This document shows positions 1-9,157 of a stretch of DNA of 64,000 nucleotides, one piece after another (the first letter of the stretch is position 1; each line of letters begins with the position of its first letter). Made by a program: the position numbers and the translations under genes. The stretch is taken from sequence record NC_061418.1. One strand, 5' to 3'. The notes beneath the pieces were generated by a model. The model ran no database searches. It was not told the origin of the DNA and saw only the letters and a list, made by a program, of their open reading frames with translations.

Positions 1-24
1 AAAAAAAAACAAAGTAAACATAGA

Positions 25-52
25 CCTAGGAGAACCTTCGGGTTCTCCTAGG
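25..52 (-). terminator. Intrinsic terminator after HigA-like gene
   Basis: 12-bp stem cctaggagaacc/ggttctcctagg, followed on minus strand by tctatgtttactttgttttttttt. Confidence 0.8.
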
Positions 53-77
53 CTACATTTGCGCCAAAAAAGCGGAA

Positions 78-803
78 TTATTTAAACGCCGGGTGCAGTT
101 TGATCGCTTTCACTTCGGCGGCCAGCTCTTTATCAGCTTTGGCTTCAGCGAGGTCAACCGCCTGCTGGAGATTAACCCAGAATTCGACGGTGGTTTTGGT
201 AGCCTTTGCCAGGCGGTGCGCGGTGCGGATCGTCAGTTTGGTTTTGCCGTTGATCAGACGAGACAGCGTTGCCGTCGCCAGACCGATATGCGCAGCGAAA
301 TCAGTCGGAGAAATTTCTTTCGGTTCCAGGTATTCTTTCAAAAGAATTTCGCCCGGCGTAGAAGGTTTGCGTGCTTTTGCCATTTTCGGTTTTTCCTTTG
401 GTTTTTCAGGAGGTTGTGTACCATTACTGTTATTGCATAATACTACTTCTTGACGTGAAAGATTACCGAGGAACAGAATCGAGCCAACAGTGAAAATCGA
501 CTGCTTTACGCCGTCTGGTGTATTACGGAAAAGGGAGACCTGATTTTTATTTTTCTGCAGAAGATCAATGAGCAAATTAACGTGATAATCTGGCGGGTTA
601 TTCAGATCGCGGAAGAGCAGTGCTTCAGCTTCTGTAAAGCTGATCTTCTTCTCCTGTACCATCGCCATCTGAAGAGGGAATTTTAACTTATGGACTAAGA
701 TCCGATACGGTAATGAAACTACCGTTTTCAAATTACCCTCTTTATCGAGAATGAATCGGTTGAGCTCTTCGTCTGTAATGTCATTGTTAACGTAATGAAT
801 CAT
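78..803 (-). CDS. Unknown N-terminal domain fused to C-terminal HigA/VapI-family XRE helix-turn-helix (orphan antitoxin-like)
   Basis: C-terminal 101 aa: PGEILLKEYLEP...LSRLINGKTKLT...AHRLAKATKTTVEFWVNLQ, typical of HigA; possible internal start at 383 with AGGA upstream. Confidence 0.8.
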   Translation of the reverse strand: MIHYVNNDITDEELNRFILDKEGNLKTVVSLPYRILVHKLKFPLQMAMVQEKKISFTEAEALLFRDLNNPPDYHVNLLIDLLQKNKNQVSLFRNTPDGVKQSIFTVGSILFLGNLSRQEVVLCNNSNGTQPPEKPKEKPKMAKARKPSTPGEILLKEYLEPKEISPTDFAAHIGLATATLSRLINGKTKLTIRTAHRLAKATKTTVEFWVNLQQAVDLAEAKADKELAAEVKAIKLHPAFK

Positions 804-818
804 TTTTATTCCCTCGTC

Positions 819-1184
819 TTATGGCATCGCAACCCAATAAGGATTGTCGAGATTATCGGCACACCAGCGCGCAACTTTTAGAAATTCTTCAAAGTCAGAA
901 AAACCAATGTTATTGCGTTGTGTTTCTGTCATTGGCCAGCGGGTCAGTAATTGAAGTTTCTCCAGGAAAAATTCATCTATTTTACCGTAGAGAATCCCCT
1001 CTTTTTCTTGTCCACTGAAAACAATATTGAGATAATTGTTAGTGAAATTGACCACCGAATGATAATTGGAGTGGGTAATGAATAACGAGTTATCCAGAGG
1101 ACAAGTACTGGGAACCTGTGCGAAAGGTTTATTACCGTCCTCGCTGTCTTCTTTGAGTTCGCCGAATTGGAATAAGATCGCCAT
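819..1184 (-). CDS. Hypothetical protein
   Basis: Tiles with neighbours; AAGGA upstream of ATG. Confidence 0.75.
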   Translation of the reverse strand: MAILFQFGELKEDSEDGNKPFAQVPSTCPLDNSLFITHSNYHSVVNFTNNYLNIVFSGQEKEGILYGKIDEFFLEKLQLLTRWPMTETQRNNIGFSDFEEFLKVARWCADNLDNPYWVAMP

Positions 1185-1207
1185 TTATTTTATCCTTTAT
1201 AGCGTAG

Positions 1208-1234
1208 GTCCTGGGAGATAGTCTCTCCCAGGAC
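1208..1234 (-). other. Strong intergenic hairpin without U-tract (stability/processing stem or weak terminator)
   Basis: 11-bp stem gtcctgggaga/tctcccaggac. Confidence 0.55.
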
Positions 1235-1297
1235 GATGAGGCCATTAAACGTTTTTATTTTTCTCTTGGGTTGTTATTGCTTCCCATCTAAGAGAAA

Positions 1298-2104
1298 TTA
1301 AATTCTCTCTACCACAGCTTTTAACCAGGCTTTAACGATGTCCTGATTCAGTAAAGAAAGTTCATTGCTACCAAACCCCGGTTCAACAATGTGTAACCGA
1401 TAATTCTGGTCGAGATTATCCACTCCTACGGCAGGGGAAATCGTATAAACTCGGTTTGAATTAAAACCAAACGAAGGCCCGTTTTCTGAGTTAAAACTAA
1501 CACCCGCCTTTAACATTACCCTCGTTTTAATTCCGGCAAAAAGCGCGTAGAAGACGACAGAGATTTTTGGTTTCAGGACTACCCCATCTTCGAATCTTCT
1601 TCCATCAAAAATAGGAACATTTATTTTACGTTCGTGACAGAATTCTGCAATTACGTCGAAGAATGGGTTTAAAGTAACAACCTTAACCGGTAACTGATTA
1701 TAAACGTCGATAACCTTATCATTCTTGAAACCAATGCCATGACGGTTTACAAGAAAATAATAAATATATTCGCCGAACCAATTCATAACCCGCCCAAGTT
1801 GAGAGACGAACTTCTCTTCTTGACCTTCAATATTTGAGTAAAGCCTATAGGGCTTCTGATTGATAAAACGAATAATTAAGTTATTGTCATCCACGCGTTC
1901 CGCAATCGATAACCAACGCATATCGGTTGTTTTGTCATGGGTAATCACCGGGATAATTTTATAATTCTCATTATCTCGTTCCGGCATAATATAATTTTTA
2001 AGCCCAGGACGTTCTTCGCCGAGCCTAATACGGAACTCTGGGGTATAAGGGTGCACCAGAGCAGTATCATTGGTGTTTTGGACTTCATTTGGTAAAATAA
2101 TCAT
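1298..2104 (-). CDS. Hypothetical protein, first gene behind an early promoter
   Basis: 268-aa ORF, AAGGA RBS. Confidence 0.8.
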   Translation of the reverse strand: MIILPNEVQNTNDTALVHPYTPEFRIRLGEERPGLKNYIMPERDNENYKIIPVITHDKTTDMRWLSIAERVDDNNLIIRFINQKPYRLYSNIEGQEEKFVSQLGRVMNWFGEYIYYFLVNRHGIGFKNDKVIDVYNQLPVKVVTLNPFFDVIAEFCHERKINVPIFDGRRFEDGVVLKPKISVVFYALFAGIKTRVMLKAGVSFNSENGPSFGFNSNRVYTISPAVGVDNLDQNYRLHIVEPGFGSNELSLLNQDIVKAWLKAVVERI

Positions 2105-2198
2105 CGTACAGTTTCCTTCTTCGTGACCAGTTAGTGGCCCGTTACGTTAGATAAGAGAATTTTAGATTCTCAGATATAAAGTGTAGAGATGTTGTCTC

Positions 2199-2225
2199 TA
2201 CACTAGAGTGATATAGACGTTAACC
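2199..2225 (-). promoter_or_regulatory. Phage early promoter (phiKZ-type) 1
   Basis: Minus strand GGTTAACGTC-TATATCAC-TCTA-GTGTA; fits 8-copy consensus. Confidence 0.7.
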
Positions 2226-2771
2226 AGATTGGGTTTCGGTATCCTTTACGTAAATACCCGTTTCTACATCTAGTGTAAAACCCACGACCTCCAGATTAAC
2301 CCGCTCATTACCTTCGGCTGTAATCTTGAAACGTGCATTACAAGTCTCAATGTTAACTTCCCCGTCGACGCAGATAAATGCATCATCGATCAGCCCCGGT
2401 ATATCGATTTCAGTCCCGTTGACTAAATCGAATACTCGGAAGTTATACGTCGTATTCTGAGTGGGGCGAAAACGCGGGTACTGAACAACGACGTGACCTG
2501 AACTTTCGAGTTCACCATCTTCGTTAAATTTAGTGTAACGGATGAGCACTTTGTCCACCGCAAAATTTGACAGTGTACGTATTTGCATATCGGTGAATGT
2601 TAACTCCCCGCTAGCAGCCGCCAAACCAACCAAATTAAACCCGACGTCAGAGTTTGCTTTAAAGAACACTTGTCCTTCTGCCTCAGGAATTCCGGTAACA
2701 AAATACTCTTGGTTTTCTTTGATGATCTTAAACTGCATTTTCTTAATATCGGTAAACATAGCTTTGTCCAC
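2220..2771 (-). CDS. Hypothetical protein
   Basis: 183-aa ORF tiling with neighbours. Confidence 0.75.
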   Translation of the reverse strand: MDKAMFTDIKKMQFKIIKENQEYFVTGIPEAEGQVFFKANSDVGFNLVGLAAASGELTFTDMQIRTLSNFAVDKVLIRYTKFNEDGELESSGHVVVQYPRFRPTQNTTYNFRVFDLVNGTEIDIPGLIDDAFICVDGEVNIETCNARFKITAEGNERVNLEVVGFTLDVETGIYVKDTETQSG

Positions 2772-2779
2772 TTAATATC

Positions 2780-3211
2780 CTATTCGATGTTGCTGTATTG
2801 ATCACCCACCCATACTACGGGCGTTAATAGTCCTCGACCGATTTCCTGCTCGCGGTCTTTTTGTTTGTCTTCGTCGGAAAAACCGTCGATGCGCATGAGT
2901 TGATGAGGTCGAAAGGCAGCATTAAAATAAGTACCCCCTGAATCTAAGAAAGATTCTGCTAATCCCTTAAAGCATCCACCAACTAACCCCCAATGAAATT
3001 CCACATAGGACCGAACTTTACCATTAACCATCCAAACTTCCCGTCCCGAGATAACTTCTGCAACATTCTCTAATCCATTTTCGTTAACGGTGACTTGAAG
3101 CATATTTCCTGGCGAAATACTAACGCCAAGAATGACTTCTTTCCCGACATTTTCTGGATTTTTAGAGTCTCGGATGACTATTGCCCGACAACCGGGTTCT
3201 AAAGGTTTCAT
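2780..3211 (-). CDS. Conserved phage hypothetical protein
   Basis: N-terminal PGCRAIVI...ENVGKEV and C-terminal HQLMRID pattern recalled from enterobacterial phage small proteins. Confidence 0.7.
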   Translation of the reverse strand: MKPLEPGCRAIVIRDSKNPENVGKEVILGVSISPGNMLQVTVNENGLENVAEVISGREVWMVNGKVRSYVEFHWGLVGGCFKGLAESFLDSGGTYFNAAFRPHQLMRIDGFSDEDKQKDREQEIGRGLLTPVVWVGDQYSNIE

Positions 3212-3588
3212 TTATCTTTCCCCTGCACAAGGAAATATTCACGTATTCCCTCAGCTAATGGACCAAAGTCAGAAACCAACTGTAATAGGGATAATTGGTC
3301 ATCAGTCTGTCGCAGCCTTTCGAGCCCTATATGAGGAGGCTTCAGACCGACAGTAGAGAGCTCTAGTTTACCGAGGTATATCTTTGTCTGCCCTCGATCG
3401 AGGAACGCATGAAATGACAATTCCGGTCCAGTGGCAAGGATCATCCCGTCGAAGGGATTCTTTCCGTTATAAACACTCCCCCTTTGAAAGTGGAAAGCTG
3501 CTGCTACTTTCTCTCCCTCTCCTAATTCTTTTTGGCAATGTTTCAACCAACGTTCAGTGAGTTCCGCTTCTTTGAATTTGAATTCCAT
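3208..3588 (-). CDS. Hypothetical protein
   Basis: ATGA overlap with next gene; GGAG RBS. Confidence 0.8.
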   Translation of the reverse strand: MEFKFKEAELTERWLKHCQKELGEGEKVAAAFHFQRGSVYNGKNPFDGMILATGPELSFHAFLDRGQTKIYLGKLELSTVGLKPPHIGLERLRQTDDQLSLLQLVSDFGPLAEGIREYFLVQGKDK

Positions 3589-3615
3589 TTTGTACTCCTA
3601 TAATCAAAATAAAAA

Positions 3616-3639
3616 GTATAGGGGATTTCTCCCCTATAC
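3616..3639 (-). terminator. Intrinsic terminator
   Basis: 10-bp stem gtatagggga/tcccctatac, GAAA loop and tttttatttt tail on minus strand. Confidence 0.85.
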
Positions 3640-3658
3640 CGGCCTTATGTTCCCAAAC

Positions 3659-5386
3659 TTAGAAGTGGCGCGTCAGGGAATAGCGAACCATTACCCCGTC
3701 TTCATTTTCCGCCAGCAGTTGGAATTCACCCGTACTGCGGTAGATCTCCACACCGGTGTTTCCCGGAATCTGCAGACCGGCTACAACCTGCCCTTCGACC
3801 TGCTCCAGTGGATTCGCCTGAGAGAATGCTTCGACAACCCGACGAACGTCACGAAGTTCGTGATTGAGGTCTTCAGCAAACAATGCGGATTGTTTCGCTA
3901 CGTTATCTTTCCAGCCCTCAAGTACCAGGAGCATCCCGCGATCTGGTGTCTGATAGCTGAAGGTTTCTTTCCCGCCCCATACTGCTGGCGTGAGCGAAAT
4001 ACCCACTACCTTGACACGTTGACCCGCTGTCTCCGACCACTGACCGATCGGGCTTCCGTTCTGATAGCTGTAGCTCGCTACGCTGTTACGTTTCTCTTCG
4101 CTGTCCCAACGATAGATCGGTTTTGCATCCGGGTCGGCCTGCGCGGTGAATTGCGCAAAGTTATAACGGCCGTAGTGCCCGCCTCTTAACTCAACGAACA
4201 GCGCTTTCGCCTTCGGTAACACCTCCGCGATAAATTGCATCAGTGAAATATCCCCGCCACTTACTACCGAGCGCTGAGGCTCTGTTTTATTCTCTTTGGT
4301 TTTCAGGCCATCGAAAATACTTCCCTTAGCTTCAGTAGCCGCTTCTGTTTCTTTCGGTTGCCAGAACCATTCCTGAATATCAGCCAGCGTAGCGAAACGG
4401 CGACGGAACGCCGACTCAATCCCTAATTCAGCGACGAGCTTTTTCGCTTTTTCCAGCTGTTCTTCAGTCGGGGCTTCGGTTGCCCGCATGTAGTTGACGC
4501 CTTCGGTACGGATGCGGAATTGGTTAATCCCGTAACGCAGATTACCGTCTTTAATATCGTCGAGCAACACCCCAACCGCCGTAGTGTGGAAATGGATGAT
4601 ATCTTTGTTATCAAAGTCCATCGCTTCCCAAACCAGGTTGGTTTTGATATTGTTGTTTTTCGTTTCATGGAAGGCGGTGTAGAGTTTGTGCCACTTCATG
4701 AATTGGTTTTTGAACTTGGTGAGGTGCTTCAGTTCACCGTATTCAAACAGTTCATAAGCGGCGCGAACGGTATTCGATTCCCAGCGCAACAGACCGCTTT
4801 GAAGAATACGCACCAACTCACGCGCCTCTGCTTCTTTACCCAGACGCTCTTCGTCGTTCTGATAAACGAAGATCAATTCTTTCGACGCGCAGTTCAGGGT
4901 ACCGTTGAAATGGCGGAATTTACCGGAATGCGGGAAAGAATAGTCAGCGACGTTTTCAACCACGATGTTTGCCACCGGGCATTTTGAGATCACTTTGTTT
5001 AACGCAGCCACGAATGCGTAGACGTTGTTCGTCGGTTCGCCTTCTGCTTCCACGTCAACGTTGAACGCCATCGACTTCACTAACCCGTCGACAATCGTTA
5101 CGTATTGACCGTATTTGTTCAACCAACGCTCACAGGTTTTGCAGCGATACTGCTGACGTTCTTCTTCCGGGAAAAGTTCCAGGTAGTGCTGATATAAACT
5201 TTTCCCCGTGCTGTGTTCAACATCGACACGATAAATGTCATCGTTGATATCGTGCAGAGAAAGATTGTGTTCAATAACGTCTACTAAGGTTTCGTAGAAA
5301 CGATCAGAAGCTTCGGTGACGGTATTAACAGCAACAATTTGATCAGTCATTCTTTTATCCTTTACAGTGAAATAGGTTCTATTCAA
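3659..5386 (-). CDS. Conserved large-phage protein of unknown function with CxxC motif
   Basis: 575 aa; YRCKTCERW, IIHFHTTAVG, YMRATEAPT, FRRRFATLADI segments recalled from a widespread myophage family; own terminator. Confidence 0.75.
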   Translation of the reverse strand: MNRTYFTVKDKRMTDQIVAVNTVTEASDRFYETLVDVIEHNLSLHDINDDIYRVDVEHSTGKSLYQHYLELFPEEERQQYRCKTCERWLNKYGQYVTIVDGLVKSMAFNVDVEAEGEPTNNVYAFVAALNKVISKCPVANIVVENVADYSFPHSGKFRHFNGTLNCASKELIFVYQNDEERLGKEAEARELVRILQSGLLRWESNTVRAAYELFEYGELKHLTKFKNQFMKWHKLYTAFHETKNNNIKTNLVWEAMDFDNKDIIHFHTTAVGVLLDDIKDGNLRYGINQFRIRTEGVNYMRATEAPTEEQLEKAKKLVAELGIESAFRRRFATLADIQEWFWQPKETEAATEAKGSIFDGLKTKENKTEPQRSVVSGGDISLMQFIAEVLPKAKALFVELRGGHYGRYNFAQFTAQADPDAKPIYRWDSEEKRNSVASYSYQNGSPIGQWSETAGQRVKVVGISLTPAVWGGKETFSYQTPDRGMLLVLEGWKDNVAKQSALFAEDLNHELRDVRRVVEAFSQANPLEQVEGQVVAGLQIPGNTGVEIYRSTGEFQLLAENEDGVMVRYSLTRHF

Positions 5387-5402
5387 ACAAATGAGAAGAG
5401 GT

Positions 5403-5915
5403 TTATTTTCGGAACAGCGAGAAGAAACGTTTAAAAAGACTCGGTTTCTTCTCTTCTGGAATAATGTTTTTCTCTACCTCAACCGCTTCAGTACTTTCTT
5501 CTGTGGCCCCTACATTCTTAAACCGTTTTTCGGTCATTGACCGGGTCAGGTACTCATTGCCGAGATAAACGTTTTTATTGCGAATAAAGTCACGGAAACT
5601 TTCTTGTGCTTCTACTGCTCGTCCTTTACTGTCGTAATAAACCCTATAGTTTCTGACACTGTTGTTATCGACGCCTTGTAATTGGATCGTGTAACCCTCA
5701 CCCGCTTCATTGATTTCGTCGGTAACCAGGTTTAAACACCTGGACGGAATAACAAACGTCGCGCTGTCCCCTAAGATTTCCAGTCCTTGGCCGTTATCAA
5801 CAATCACCCAATAGCGGGCACTAAATGTTTTCAGCATTTTGTCAAACGGGAGCGGAAGGAGACCCTCAACAGAACCCGTCTCGTTGGGAGTATCACTTTT
5901 AAACTCAGTTTTCAT
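5403..5915 (-). CDS. Hypothetical protein
   Basis: Tiling ORF; amphipathic basic C-terminus KKPSLFKRFFSLFRK. Confidence 0.75.
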   Translation of the reverse strand: MKTEFKSDTPNETGSVEGLLPLPFDKMLKTFSARYWVIVDNGQGLEILGDSATFVIPSRCLNLVTDEINEAGEGYTIQLQGVDNNSVRNYRVYYDSKGRAVEAQESFRDFIRNKNVYLGNEYLTRSMTEKRFKNVGATEESTEAVEVEKNIIPEEKKPSLFKRFFSLFRK

Positions 5916-6273
5916 GCGGCAGCTCCGGTGTCAGGTCACCCACTTTCAGTACCGTGACAGCGTGATTCTCTCTATCGTACGGTACAAAAACAATACAAAA
6001 ATAACGTTCTTCTTGCATCAGCTGAACAATTTTCCCTTCTGCTTTGATGTCTTTCCCTTCCCACACAACGGCAGTGAAAACCGTATCAAAATCAAACACC
6101 GAATCGCCGGTTGATTTTTTACATTCTGCTTCGGTTTCACTGGTAACGACGATCTTCGTGTCACCTACGTAATAAAAACGTTTACCGTCACGAATATAGA
6201 AAGTGGCGTCGGCATCGCGCATAGGCTGAAAATCCACAAAATCCATTTCTTCTAAGATCATTGTTCTGGCCAT
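5905..6273 (-). CDS. Hypothetical protein
   Basis: Tiling ORF with GAGGA RBS. Confidence 0.75.
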   Translation of the reverse strand: MARTMILEEMDFVDFQPMRDADATFYIRDGKRFYYVGDTKIVVTSETEAECKKSTGDSVFDFDTVFTAVVWEGKDIKAEGKIVQLMQEERYFCIVFVPYDRENHAVTVLKVGDLTPELPHEN

Positions 6274-6275
6274 TT

Positions 6276-6581
6276 TTAATCCTCGTAATCGATAACTTCG
6301 TTAGTAAACGGAAAACGGTTCGCTAACATTTCCATACAGGTTCCAACCGAATCCCCGATGAAATAATAATCGTAAAGCATTCCGTTTTCATGGCGATGTT
6401 TGACGTGCAGGATCAGTCCTTTTCGATCAGCTGCGTAGAAGTCATTAAACCACGCAGAGGTGTTATACTCACCTGCGCCGAATACAGCACGCAGATAATC
6501 CTTCACGGTCATCTGGCTGTTTTCTGGGAAGAAACCAAACGACTTGATTTCAAATAGCTCAAAACGATGTTCTAACTGCAT
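6276..6581 (-). CDS. Hypothetical protein
   Basis: Tiling ORF with AAGGAG RBS. Confidence 0.8.
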   Translation of the reverse strand: MQLEHRFELFEIKSFGFFPENSQMTVKDYLRAVFGAGEYNTSAWFNDFYAADRKGLILHVKHRHENGMLYDYYFIGDSVGTCMEMLANRFPFTNEVIDYED

Positions 6582-6613
6582 ACCATATCTCCTTATTAAA
6601 AGTACATAGAAGC

Positions 6614-6639
6614 TCTCCTGAGGCTTTCGCCTCAGGAGA
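6614..6639 (-). terminator. Intrinsic terminator
   Basis: 11-bp stem tctcctgaggc/gcctcaggaga, GAAA loop on minus strand. Confidence 0.75.
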
Positions 6640-6644
6640 CAATA

Positions 6645-7265
6645 CTATTTACGCTTTTTCTTTTTGGATTGCCCAGAAGCGTGTTTAGAGACCCGTTTCG
6701 GACGTGCCGGTGGCGCAGTAAAGAGATTGCGTTTTCCGCCCATACTGAAACCCCCGTTGAAAGAGAAACTGGTTTGGAATTCAGCCGGTAACGCTTCTTT
6801 GAATTTGGTTTTCCACGCCAACCGCAACGCTGACTGAATCACCTGGAAACTACCCGGAACAAACCAGTCACCGGGGTTACGTTCGATCAGCGTTTTCCCG
6901 CCGTAGCTCGCAGTAACACTCTTTTCTTCTTGGTTAACAACGACGCTGACAACGGGATGTTCGATCGCCGGTTTCTCATCACTGAGCTGAGACATACTGT
7001 CTATTTCGATAGTGTCTCCAGACTGCGAATGATTTTGAGCTTTACGCACATCGGGGATAAAAGCTGGCTCGTCTAAGTAAATAAGACGACTTTTTTCTAT
7101 CGGGGTTTCTGCTGTTATTAACTGCATTTTTTCTTCGGGAATAAAGGCAGGATCATCTACCGGAGTAGTGAATCGCGTCTGACCGCGACCGAGAACTTCA
7201 CGGCTCTCCGCGTGAGTTTCAGCAGTGATAGCACTTTCTACACCTTCAATTTTTTTACTTTCCAT
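6645..7265 (-). CDS. Hypothetical protein with RVSKHA motif and basic C-terminal tail
   Basis: Ends RPKRVSKHASGQSKKKKRK. Confidence 0.8.
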   Translation of the reverse strand: MESKKIEGVESAITAETHAESREVLGRGQTRFTTPVDDPAFIPEEKMQLITAETPIEKSRLIYLDEPAFIPDVRKAQNHSQSGDTIEIDSMSQLSDEKPAIEHPVVSVVVNQEEKSVTASYGGKTLIERNPGDWFVPGSFQVIQSALRLAWKTKFKEALPAEFQTSFSFNGGFSMGGKRNLFTAPPARPKRVSKHASGQSKKKKRK

Positions 7266-7292
7266 TTTACTTTCCTTCTTTTATAAAAATGA

Positions 7293-7625
7293 TTAACGAC
7301 GGCGTTTAATTTTAATCGGTTTACTGCGCACTTTCTTCTTTGTCACCATCCGACCTTTAGCGTGTTTAGAAACACGGATTGCTTCCAGTCGTTCGATCTC
7401 ATGATCAATCGTTTTCCCATTCTCATCCAGAATACGATTAAGTACAGTGATTTCGATATTCTTTGCTTTTACTTTTAATAACGGAAAGTGTTTCTTAAAA
7501 ATGTCTGCAAGGATATCGAAATTGATAGTGGATGTCTTTGGATCTACGGCATCACGGAACATGGTGTGATGAAGAGCATGTCCCTGAACGCGCGCAGAGA
7601 GTGTATTCTTTACCCGTTCTTTCAC
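7293..7625 (-). CDS. Hypothetical protein with RVSKHA motif and basic C-terminal tail
   Basis: GTG start; ends IRVSKHAKGRMVTKKKVRSKPIKIKRRR. Confidence 0.75.
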   Translation of the reverse strand: MKERVKNTLSARVQGHALHHTMFRDAVDPKTSTINFDILADIFKKHFPLLKVKAKNIEITVLNRILDENGKTIDHEIERLEAIRVSKHAKGRMVTKKKVRSKPIKIKRRR

Positions 7626-7690
7626 GGTGGCGTTCTCCAGAGGCGTTAGAGGATTCTGTTCACAGATACGTCACGCGCCTAAAAAATAAT

Positions 7691-7711
7691 GAGAGGGGAC
7701 GAACCCCTCTC
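7691..7711 (-). terminator. Intrinsic terminator
   Basis: 8-bp stem gagagggg/cccctctc with attatttttt tail on minus strand. Confidence 0.75.
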
Positions 7712-7720
7712 TCTTCAATG

Positions 7721-8194
7721 TCAATTAACGAAATAGATGATCACATCTTCTGACAATGTAAAGTTGGTCAGTAACGCGTCGTAGAACTTTTCTTTGCGAA
7801 CGCGCGTAAAGTAGAAATACGCTTCGTCAATGTAGACGTGCGTAATCGGCGCTTCGCGGTAAAACTGAGTGTAACCGCGCTCATACGGTTTCCCAGCAAT
7901 AGCCCTGACCTTTTCCGTCGGTGGATTAGCGTCACCGTAGAGACGCGCCTCAAAGTCATCCAGAAGCGTTTCTGTCGGGAGAAAGACCATCGAGTACTTA
8001 GGGTTTTTCTTCACTCGATCGAGTACCCATTTCGTCTTACCGGTTTGACGCGGTATTTTAAACCCGATTGTCCGACATTCGCGGAGAATGGTACCACGTC
8101 GCCAATCAATTCGTTTCGCCATTTCCGAGGTCTCAGAAATCAACGTTTTCTCTAGTGTCTGCGCTATCAATTCGAAATCAACTTTCTTAGCCAT
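7721..8194 (-). CDS. Small stand-alone P-loop NTPase (terminase/SF2-like ATPase motifs)
   Basis: Walker A-like IPRQTGKT and Walker B-like VYIDEA in 157 aa. Confidence 0.65.
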   Translation of the reverse strand: MAKKVDFELIAQTLEKTLISETSEMAKRIDWRRGTILRECRTIGFKIPRQTGKTKWVLDRVKKNPKYSMVFLPTETLLDDFEARLYGDANPPTEKVRAIAGKPYERGYTQFYREAPITHVYIDEAYFYFTRVRKEKFYDALLTNFTLSEDVIIYFVN

Positions 8195-8224
8195 GACGTC
8201 TTTAACCTTTTAACGTTTTAACGT

Positions 8225-8575
8225 TTACAAAGAATGGAACCATCCGTTTTCGTCTGGTTTCTCGGGGAATTTAAACGCGACAGTTTTATTGCGTTTAGCG
8301 AACTCTTGGTAGACCTTAGTACCGACCCAAAACCCACGCCGGATAATTTCAACATCGTCCCCGTTCAAACGGAAAGAGAACCGATGCTTCCCCGGGTCAA
8401 ACGCGATGTCCAGGAAATGACCATCTTCTAATTCGTCTACTGCGGACGTAAAGCGAAAATAGCCGCTTTTGTAAAGACACCCTGCCCGACTGGTTTGTCT
8501 GGAATTACCTACATTTTTAGGGACAGAAAGAAAACGCAAATTATCCAAATCAAGTTTCATGTTAATACCTGTCAA
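8225..8575 (-). CDS. Hypothetical protein, paralog family with 25373..25792 and 26953..27366
   Basis: LDIAFDPGKHRFSFRLNG and C-terminal NGWFHSL match the paralogs. Confidence 0.7.
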   Translation of the reverse strand: MTGINMKLDLDNLRFLSVPKNVGNSRQTSRAGCLYKSGYFRFTSAVDELEDGHFLDIAFDPGKHRFSFRLNGDDVEIIRRGFWVGTKVYQEFAKRNKTVAFKFPEKPDENGWFHSL

Positions 8576-8898
8576 TCGGTAAAGGTAATCGAAAAAGTTC
8601 CTTCGTTGCGATGCCAGTTAACCAGGAAGGGTAACCCTATTTCTTTTAAGATCTCGTTCAGAGCACTTGCAGGAGTTTCTTGTTGACTTCTCCCGAAAAA
8701 GGGATTAGCGATGGTATTTTGTAGCTCCCAGAAACGGTTACCGTTTTTCCGCTTCTTAGAGAAGCGTTTTCGAGACGTGACGGGTTGTTTCAGATAGAGA
8801 TGCAAAGGGCCTTTGTTACTCTGAACCACCACTAAACGTACAAACTGTTCGCTGTAACGTAACTCACCAAACAAAATGTCTTTGATTTTCTTTAGCAT
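8572..8898 (-). CDS. Hypothetical protein
   Basis: Short overlaps with both neighbours. Confidence 0.7.
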   Translation of the reverse strand: MLKKIKDILFGELRYSEQFVRLVVVQSNKGPLHLYLKQPVTSRKRFSKKRKNGNRFWELQNTIANPFFGRSQQETPASALNEILKEIGLPFLVNWHRNEGTFSITFTD

Positions 8899-9125
8899 TC
8901 GTTTAAATCTCCAGTAATCATCGTGGTTAGATTCCTGACTTTATTCAGGGTCGCAATGTCTTTTTCGACCGAGGCCACCGGGATGTTGTAAAAGAAAGCG
9001 ATCTCTTCTACTCGCATACCATGATTGGCAGCGTTCTCCATCGTTCGGGCGATCTGCGGATTTTCGAGTTGTGACATCAGTTCGTCAAACTCGGCCAGGT
9101 AAGCCAGATATTTGTCACGTTGCAT
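8892..9125 (-). CDS. Small helix-turn-helix protein
   Basis: GMRVEEIAFFYNIPVASVEKDI fits an HTH; paralog of 9158..9457. Confidence 0.65.
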   Translation of the reverse strand: MQRDKYLAYLAEFDELMSQLENPQIARTMENAANHGMRVEEIAFFYNIPVASVEKDIATLNKVRNLTTMITGDLNEC

Positions 9126-9157
9126 CCTTAGGTACCTTTTTACTGTGGCGGGTCAAA

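Noticed and set aside
7721-8194. Terminase large subunit
   Set aside because: Only 157 aa, no nuclease domain, and in an accessory-gene context.
8204-8225. Short tandem ttttaacg repeats
   Set aside because: Only 2-3 degenerate units in an AT-rich spacer.
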